A stretch of 64,000 bases of DNA, taken from positions 76,846 to 140,845 of the forward strand of contig JAQWOM010000043.1 in NCBI GenBank assembly GCA_029245865.1, written 5' to 3'. This document shows positions 57,609-64,000 of the stretch, piece by piece. The stretch is from Planctomycetota bacterium. GTDB lineage: Bacteria; Planctomycetota; B15-G4. Numbering within the stretch: the first letter of the stretch is position 1; each line of letters begins with the position of its first letter. The translations under genes were made by a program, and so were the position numbers. The notes beneath the pieces are model-generated. The model searched no databases. It saw nothing but the letters and a program-made list of their open reading frames with translations, and was not told the DNA's origin.

Positions 57609-57870
57609 GGCACTTCACCGAAAAAGGGACTGTGCCCTTCTTATCGGAAGCCCATCCGAACAGCCTTGAGATGGAGAATTCGCTCGAGACCGCCACGAGA
57701 AGCCGGGCAAACCCCCTGAGAAGCCGCCAGCGCCCCCAAAAGCCCTCTGCAAGGCCGCCAAGGCTTCTGGCATGCCGCAGGCAATATCTGGAGTTTTCTG
57801 GGGCTCTCAGGCCCTCAGGGCACAGTTCTGTTGCAAGGACGCACCTCTTCCCCGCCCGTGCGACCGAATC

Positions 57871-60696
57871 CTAGGTCAGATAACGCGGAAACAAGAGCAT
57901 CAAGAGCCACACGATCACAGCAGCGACAGACAGGCGCAGACCCCAGCGATAGCTGGCCGGGTCATAGCGAAACAGCACCGTATGTCGACCTTCAGGAAGA
58001 GGTACGCCGTGCCAGGCAAGGTTCACGTAACGAGTTTCCTGCTCCGGCCCCCCATCCACGGAAGCGGTCCAGCCAGCGGCCTTGTTCTCCGCGAGAATCA
58101 GGACCGTGCTCCCAACCGTCTCAACCTCCACTTCAATCTCTCGACCTCGATGGTCCACGGACAGAACGGTGCCGTGCCCCCCGAGTTCACCTGGCCAACT
58201 CTCCTCAAAAAGCGCGACCTCGCCGGGATCTGCTTCGAGCAGCCTTTCGACTTCATCGTTATGAAGATCCATCTGTTGCCCGACGATGTACGCACGCCCG
58301 TGGTTGTCCATATTTTCCCAGACGCGCACTTCGCTCTCGTGAGCCAGTTCCATCTCTGGAATGTCAGAGAGGTCAACCGTTCGATCCGTGAGGATGTAAC
58401 GAACATCCAACGTGTCGAATCGCGGACTCGCATAGTCAGCTGTCTCGCGCGAGAACGTAAAGTTGGCAAAGGCATCCATTTGGATTGGAACCAGTTGCAA
58501 CCAACGGTGCGTTCGCGAATACCCGAGATTGTCGTAACTCAAGAGATGGTCGACTCCCACGACGAACTGCGTGTCCGGCGGAAGAATCGTCCCTTCCGTA
58601 AAAATACGAAAGGGAGGCTTCTGAGCTCTCAGGAATTCAACGGTCTGCGTTGGAGGAAACAGGTCGTCGGTGTCGCTAGCAACGTTGTAGTGATCACCCA
58701 AGCTCATGACATCCACGGTCACCACGGCGACCAAGACCCAGGTGCCTAAATTACGGTTCTTCATAATCAGCCACCCGAGCCCACCGAGTGACAGGGCAAT
58801 CATGAGGAGATCGCGAGAAGAAAACCGCCGCTCACGACTCACCTGGAGTGCCTGGTCTGCCAGAACGCGACGCTCACCATCATCAATCGCCTCCACGCGC
58901 AGACGGTGGCGCCCCTCTTCCATCCGGTAGGTCATCACACCCTCCCGAAACGGATGCCCCGGGAGGGTTGCAGCTGCCATGCCGGAGCGCAGGACATTGT
59001 CATCCACGAGAATGCGCAGGTCGTCGACTGGCTTCTCGAGATCGAGACAGATGGGCACGACTTGTCGGCCGCTGTACACGATGGCCGGATCCGGCCCCCG
59101 TAGCATGGACGGTGCCGATTCGAGTCCGTCACGGAAGTTGAAGGGCAATCGCAAGACGAGGAAGCCCAACAACAGCGCCATCACCATCGTCACGGCCAGC
59201 CGACCGACACCTTGCAAGACGCCGGGCTTCAATCCGGGTGCCGCGAGGCGGTCGATCACCATCGCCCCCCCGCACGCCGTGCAAAAACCAACCGCACCCA
59301 GCAGGCGCGTCGGAGCCACTTCCGTCAGACCCGGGACCAGGCGTACCAGACCTTCCACCCCAGGCAGATGAAAGGCGGCTCCCCAGAGCAGCAACCCAAC
59401 CAGAGAGAAGAACCGGATGAAACCGTGGCCCATCCCCACGAAAAAACCCAGAGCCAGAAGGATCGGAGGCAGTGCTCCCACATAACCCGCGTTGAGCCCC
59501 GGAAAATCCTGGGCCCCCGTGAACGCCCCTCCACCTGTTGGGTTGCCATAAAGCTCAGGCAGCACGATCACCGAACTCGACACGGCCATCCCCATGCGCC
59601 GCGCCATGACGATTCCCAGGGCGCAAGCAGCCACAGCGAGAATCCGTTTCATGAATCCTGGACTTGCCGAGGCGCGCAAGAGAGCTCCGGCCGTAACGAA
59701 CAAGGCCGTGTAAATCACAGCAGCAAAAGACACACCCCCGGTCTCAACTCTGGATGTCGCGATTTCTCGCAACTGCAAGCCGTGGCTCTCGCGAGCGTAT
59801 TCGAGGAAGGGCACCCACTGCACCGCAGACATGGCCACAGCCAGCAGAACAGCGCCCAGCACCAACATGCGCCCGTGAGCATCCCAAAGCCGGTAAAGCG
59901 CCCAGAGTCCAGACACGAGCCCCGCGACAAAACCTGTTTCTGGGTGACCGCCTATGACAAAGAGTGCAAAGCCAAAGGCAAGCACAGCAACACGACGCCG
60001 ACTGGGATCAGAAACCAGCCTCTCCACTGCCCAGAAAGTGAAGGGCATGGCGAGCAGAGTGTGCGACAGCGCGTATTGCAACCAGAGCACCTGGTGCCCA
60101 CCGAATCCAAACGCGATGGCGCCAAAGGTTGCTGCCCCCAGGGACAAGTTCAATCGCCTGAGAAACAGCCACGTAAAGAAAGCGCTCAGCGACAACACCA
60201 GCACACCCTGAATCCAGGGCAGCCACTCAAGATTGACAAATGCCGCAAGCAGCGTGAGCGGGTGAAGCAGCGAACTCGTGATGTTGCCGAGAAAGGGCTG
60301 TCCGGCCCCGCCACGTGACGTCCAGAGGGCGTCCGCCTCCCCTGCATACACACGCGCCGCTTCCTGAAGGTAGGGGAAGAAGATGCGCGGCTGGTCAACC
60401 AGATAGCTGTTAAGCGACTCCGGGCGCTCAAGTGCGACGTTCCACGGAGCCGAACGGGTCAAGGACTCATGCGCGATCAGAACGCGGCCGGAGCCCAACC
60501 CGTCACGCAACATCCAGGCCGCCATCACCGTAAAAACGGCGAAGGCGATCCAGGCACCGCGACCTCTCGAAGCTGGCACTGTCACTGGCACGGTAGGCAC
60601 CGAGGGCACCGGGCAGCCCCCAGAGATGCCGATCACCTGCAGAAAAACGGGGTTCCGCCACCTGTCGAAGGAACAGCATAAGTCCTCACGGGGCAC
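57871..60696 (-). CDS. YfhO-like large polytopic membrane protein (putative GT-C glycosyltransferase) with extracytoplasmic C-terminal domain
   Basis: More than 12 TM helices in the N-terminal ~600 aa, then a soluble ~300-aa region and a final TM helix. Architecture typical of the YfhO family. Start uncertain. Confidence 0.45.
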   Translation of the reverse strand: MPREDLCCSFDRWRNPVFLQVIGISGGCPVPSVPTVPVTVPASRGRGAWIAFAVFTVMAAWMLRDGLGSGRVLIAHESLTRSAPWNVALERPESLNSYLVDQPRIFFPYLQEAARVYAGEADALWTSRGGAGQPFLGNITSSLLHPLTLLAAFVNLEWLPWIQGVLVLSLSAFFTWLFLRRLNLSLGAATFGAIAFGFGGHQVLWLQYALSHTLLAMPFTFWAVERLVSDPSRRRVAVLAFGFALFVIGGHPETGFVAGLVSGLWALYRLWDAHGRMLVLGAVLLAVAMSAVQWVPFLEYARESHGLQLREIATSRVETGGVSFAAVIYTALFVTAGALLRASASPGFMKRILAVAACALGIVMARRMGMAVSSSVIVLPELYGNPTGGGAFTGAQDFPGLNAGYVGALPPILLALGFFVGMGHGFIRFFSLVGLLLWGAAFHLPGVEGLVRLVPGLTEVAPTRLLGAVGFCTACGGAMVIDRLAAPGLKPGVLQGVGRLAVTMVMALLLGFLVLRLPFNFRDGLESAPSMLRGPDPAIVYSGRQVVPICLDLEKPVDDLRILVDDNVLRSGMAAATLPGHPFREGVMTYRMEEGRHRLRVEAIDDGERRVLADQALQVSRERRFSSRDLLMIALSLGGLGWLIMKNRNLGTWVLVAVVTVDVMSLGDHYNVASDTDDLFPPTQTVEFLRAQKPPFRIFTEGTILPPDTQFVVGVDHLLSYDNLGYSRTHRWLQLVPIQMDAFANFTFSRETADYASPRFDTLDVRYILTDRTVDLSDIPEMELAHESEVRVWENMDNHGRAYIVGQQMDLHNDEVERLLEADPGEVALFEESWPGELGGHGTVLSVDHRGREIEVEVETVGSTVLILAENKAAGWTASVDGGPEQETRYVNLAWHGVPLPEGRHTVLFRYDPASYRWGLRLSVAAVIVWLLMLLFPRYLT

Positions 60697-60880
60697 GGGA
60701 CAACGCGTACGAAGCCCCCTGTTTCACAAAGATTGCCTCAACCGGAGGTCCGGCAGCTTCAGCCGATGCCTCTACAGCCTCGATGAGGTAGAGTTCACTT
60801 CTCGTGATGGCCTGCTCAACCGCCTCTTCGGTTGCTGGGCACCCCTCCTCCCTCGCCCACAAAGCCCGCCTGACGCCTCG

Positions 60881-62290
60881 ATGCCCACGTCCCGCAGCGT
60901 GATCGTTCTCGGAGGAGGCTTGGCCGGCCTGTCCGCCGCCCAAAAATTCACCGAAGCCGGTTGGACCGTGACGGTCATCGAGGAACGCTCTGAGGTGGGC
61001 GGCCTAGCCTCCTCTTACGAGAGCGATGGCTACACTTACGACCTGGGCCCGCACCGCTTGTACAGCAACCTTGACTCGCTCAACGAGCACTTCAAGGTCG
61101 TCCTGGATGGGAACTGGGACTATCGCGATCGCCTCTCGCGCATTTTCATGAAGGGTGCGTTCTTCGACTATCCGCTCAAGGCGAGCAACGTTCTCCAGCT
61201 ATCGCCTTGGCTGATCTTTCGGTCGTTCTTCGATTACATCGTTGTGCGCATCCGCAACGCCATCACGCCCATCCCGGACGACAACTTCGAGAACTGGGTC
61301 ATCAAGCGATTTGGCCGAACGCTGTACGAACTCTTCTTTGGCACTTACACGCGCAAGGCATGGGGAATCCCTTGCACACAGATCTCTGCCGACTGGGCCA
61401 ACCAACGAATCTCGCTGCTCTCGCTCTGGGACACCGTCAAGAAGACGTTGTTCAAACCAAAGAACGTCCCACGCACCTACGTCACGCGCTTCCTTTACCC
61501 CAAGACCGGTGGCATTGGCGCGCTCTCCCTGGGCTATCAGCGGCTCATCGAGCAAGAGGGAGGCACGGTGATCTGCGGCGCGAGCGTCAGATCGCTTGAC
61601 AGTGAGGGCAGTCAAATCACGGCCGTGCACTACGAGAAGGACGGCGCACAGCACTCGGCATCCGCTGACCTCGTGGTGAGCACCCTCCCACTCACCATGC
61701 TGGTTCCGATGCTCGGGGAGCGCGTCCCCGTCGAGGCAACCGAAGCCGTTCAAGGACTGATCCACAAGGGGATCGTCTTTGTCTATCTGATGCTTGACCG
61801 CGAGACGCTGACGCCCGACCACTGGGTGTACATCCCTGAGGAACACATCGCGGTGCACCGGATCAGTGAGTTCACCAACTTCTCGCGAGATTGCGCACCG
61901 CCCGGCAAAACCATGGTCTGCGCCGAGATCACCTCAACCAATGGTGATAAGTACTGGACCATGGAGGATGACGACCTGATCAAGCTGGCTGCCGAAAACT
62001 TGGCCGAGTTAAAGCTTCTGGACCCAAGCGAGTTGAAGGACGGCGGATTTGTTCGACGCGTGGACTACGCCTACCCGATTTACGACCTCACCTACCGCGG
62101 ACATGTCCGCACTCTCATCGAATACCTGCGCACTTTCAGCAACATGGTCTCCACTGGACGGCAGGGTCTGTTTCGCTACGGCAACATGGACCACTCTGTC
62201 GCGATGGGTCATGCCGTCGCCCGGCGTATCCTTGAGGACAGCGCTATCGACCACGAACAGATTGCGGCAGGGGACGAGTACTTCGGGTGA
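60881..62290 (+). CDS. FAD-dependent oxidoreductase, UDP-galactopyranose mutase (Glf)-like
   Basis: Rossmann VIVLGGGLAGLSAA...IEERSEVGG. The ...TLYELFFGTYTRKAWG... segment resembles the Glf EAFFKGYTxKQWG substrate-loop region. Confidence 0.55.
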   Translation: MPTSRSVIVLGGGLAGLSAAQKFTEAGWTVTVIEERSEVGGLASSYESDGYTYDLGPHRLYSNLDSLNEHFKVVLDGNWDYRDRLSRIFMKGAFFDYPLKASNVLQLSPWLIFRSFFDYIVVRIRNAITPIPDDNFENWVIKRFGRTLYELFFGTYTRKAWGIPCTQISADWANQRISLLSLWDTVKKTLFKPKNVPRTYVTRFLYPKTGGIGALSLGYQRLIEQEGGTVICGASVRSLDSEGSQITAVHYEKDGAQHSASADLVVSTLPLTMLVPMLGERVPVEATEAVQGLIHKGIVFVYLMLDRETLTPDHWVYIPEEHIAVHRISEFTNFSRDCAPPGKTMVCAEITSTNGDKYWTMEDDDLIKLAAENLAELKLLDPSELKDGGFVRRVDYAYPIYDLTYRGHVRTLIEYLRTFSNMVSTGRQGLFRYGNMDHSVAMGHAVARRILEDSAIDHEQIAAGDEYFG

Positions 62291-62349
62291 CCCCGGGCGG
62301 TTCGTCATCTCCGCAGCCCACGGCGCCCGGGCCTTCTTCTCAGGACGCC

Positions 62350-63237
62350 ATGAGCATGCGAGAAATGCCGTGCTTATTCTGCGGAACTCACGACGAGCGC
62401 GTTCGTTTTCACGATGGCGCCTACCGCGTGGTCGAGTGTTCACGATGCGGGCTTGTTTACGTCAACCCTCGCTTGCCGACCGAGCAACTCCACGAGATGT
62501 ACCAGGACGAATACTGGAACAGCGACCGAGCCAAAGAATTCGGCTACGCCCAGTATCTATCTGACGCAGACAACTACATCAGGACTTACCAACGCCGCGC
62601 CGCCCTCCTCGATGCCTTCAAGCCTCGGCCTGGACGCGTCCTCGATGTGGGGTGCGCTGCTGGCTTTTTCCTCAAAGTGTGTCGCGACAAAGGCTGGCAA
62701 ACAGAAGGCATTGAGATCGCACGCCCCATGATCGAATACGCGGAGCAATCTCTCGGTCTCTCCAACATGCACCGAGGTGATCTTCTGTCCGTGGATCTAC
62801 CCGAAGCATCGTTTGACGTCCTGAGCATGTGGGACGTGATTGAGCACCTGGAAGAGCCCCTTGAGCACCTCCATCGAGCGCGCAAGCTCCTCCGAGAGGA
62901 TGGAATCCTCGTACTGGAGACGCAGAACGTGGATTCGCGCTTCGCAAAAATCATGGGACGCAGGTGGCAGCACTACAAACACGAGGAACACCTCTACCAC
63001 TTTTCTCCGAGCACGCTCGATCACTTGCTGCGGCAAGCCGGCTTCGAAGTGTTAAGAAACACGCCTCGTGGCGGAGGCAAATACGTCTCCATGGACTTCC
63101 TCGTGGAACGCGTCGGCAAGATTCACCCAGTTCTCTCGGCTCTGGCCAGCCCACTGCTGCTCATGCGCGGTTTCGCCCCCTACATCAACTTGCTCGACGA
63201 GATGGTTGTCGTGGCTTGCAAGTCGCCCGACGCGTGA
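62350..63237 (+). CDS. class I SAM-dependent methyltransferase with N-terminal C4 zinc ribbon
   Basis: CLFCG...CSRCG zinc ribbon, then SAM motif I VLDVGCAAGFF and post-I/II blocks. Confidence 0.7.
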   Translation: MSMREMPCLFCGTHDERVRFHDGAYRVVECSRCGLVYVNPRLPTEQLHEMYQDEYWNSDRAKEFGYAQYLSDADNYIRTYQRRAALLDAFKPRPGRVLDVGCAAGFFLKVCRDKGWQTEGIEIARPMIEYAEQSLGLSNMHRGDLLSVDLPEASFDVLSMWDVIEHLEEPLEHLHRARKLLREDGILVLETQNVDSRFAKIMGRRWQHYKHEEHLYHFSPSTLDHLLRQAGFEVLRNTPRGGGKYVSMDFLVERVGKIHPVLSALASPLLLMRGFAPYINLLDEMVVVACKSPDA

Positions 63238-64000
63238 GCGGGGTGCTGATCTCCGCCCTTGCGCTCTTCGGCGCTTTTCTGACCGGACTCGCGGGCCGCA
63301 CACTCCGCGGCGGACTCTATGCAGGCCTGGTGCTGCTGCTTTCTCTTCCGCTGCTGTTTCCCGACTCCGGACACATGAACGCGGCGGACAGTTCCTTGGA
63401 AAGCGCTCCCTTCCCTCCCGTACAGCTCACCGAACTGATCTTGCCCGACCTGTGGCAACCTCTACCCGCCGCGACTCCCAATCTGATCACTCTGGCTCTG
63501 AACAAGCGTGCGCCCAGCCTGCAATCGCAGAGTTTGGAGCCCTCTCGAGAGGGCCGCTTGTATGTCAGCCTCGGCGCCCTATGCCTCGCCATGATGGCCT
63601 TGGTGGGCGTTCGAGGTCGCACCGCATGGATGGCCAGAGTCTTTCTGGCATTCGGACTGCTTCTGGCATGCCTCGCACCTGGAACGACTCTCCCAGAAGG
63701 CCCTCTCCTCGGGCAATGGAACGCGAACGATCTCGGGCTGCTGATGACATGCCTCTCTCTCGCGACCTTGGCGGGCCTCGGCCTGGGGTCTCTCAAGCCG
63801 CTACAAGAACATGACCCGGTGGCAGCTGCTCTGTTCCTCGGCGCCTTGGTCGTCATCCTCTTCGCTGGTTTGGGCGCATGGGCGGCCTGGGCCGGCTCGA
63901 GTACACCTCAGCAGATCGTCGAGCCCTTCCTTGAGCGCCTGGATCGACAAGGAGCCCTCTCTCCCTCCCCCCAGGCATGCAGCGCCACAGCAGCCCACCT
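63234..64000 (+). CDS. hypothetical polytopic membrane protein (5' part; gene continues beyond window end)
   Basis: GTG at 63234 overlaps the methyltransferase stop (GTGA). Open frame with no stop to the window end, strong GC3 bias, multiple hydrophobic helices. Absent from the ORF track, presumably because no stop is reached. Confidence 0.45.
   Translation, partial: MSGVLISALALFGAFLTGLAGRTLRGGLYAGLVLLLSLPLLFPDSGHMNAADSSLESAPFPPVQLTELILPDLWQPLPAATPNLITLALNKRAPSLQSQSLEPSREGRLYVSLGALCLAMMALVGVRGRTAWMARVFLAFGLLLACLAPGTTLPEGPLLGQWNANDLGLLMTCLSLATLAGLGLGSLKPLQEHDPVAAALFLGALVVILFAGLGAWAAWAGSSTPQQIVEPFLERLDRQGALSPSPQACSATAAH

Noticed and set aside
57768-57784. Sigma-54-like -24/-12 element (TGGCAT-N5-AGGCA, GG-N10-GC) in the prkA upstream region
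   Set aside because: It lies on the plus strand, pointing away from prkA (minus strand) and toward no plus-strand gene. Likely a chance match.

Overview
GC-rich bacterial chromosomal segment, Gram-negative-like (lipoprotein lipoboxes, sigma-54/PTS-Ntr module, PrkA-YhbH-SpoVR triad). Every gene assignment below rests on motif recognition from the translated ORFs; no database search was possible. Most of the window is housekeeping and largely co-oriented on the minus strand: an Opp/Dpp-type ABC peptide uptake operon; ridA, coaD, a short ComEC and comM; a TPR-tailed membrane glycosyltransferase-like protein, a phosphohexomutase, proline dehydrogenase, phosphoesterases and an amidohydrolase. Further along the minus strand come a truncated MnmE-like GTPase, coaX, a PDZ membrane protein, obg, rpmA, rplU and an Rne/Rng-family ribonuclease; a DUF2344-like protein, ptsH, ptsN, hpf, truA and rpoN; then recR, ybaB and dnaX. 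Beyond dnaX lie a candidate SRP RNA, two tRNA-Ser, tadA and tRNA-Arg(ACG). After that come a KKATR-repeat histone-H1-like gene, a HAD hydrolase, an NSS transporter with a small subunit, spoVR, yhbH and prkA, and an envelope-glycan-like locus (YfhO-like, Glf-like, methyltransferase, membrane protein). The standout is at ~17.0-33.2 kb. Three paralogous giant genes (~1280-1670 aa) each encode a lipoprotein signal peptide ending in lipobox L(A/T)AC, followed immediately by 12-15 consecutive glycines. Their bodies carry glycine-rich beta-helix-like repeats and beta-propeller-like segments. Two of them sit in a tight four-gene operon with a small secreted protein and a dedicated prepilin-type A24 peptidase; no pilin or pilus-assembly genes are present. 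This looks like an uncharacterised cell-surface giant-lipoprotein system. No CRISPR arrays, transposases or integrases were seen.
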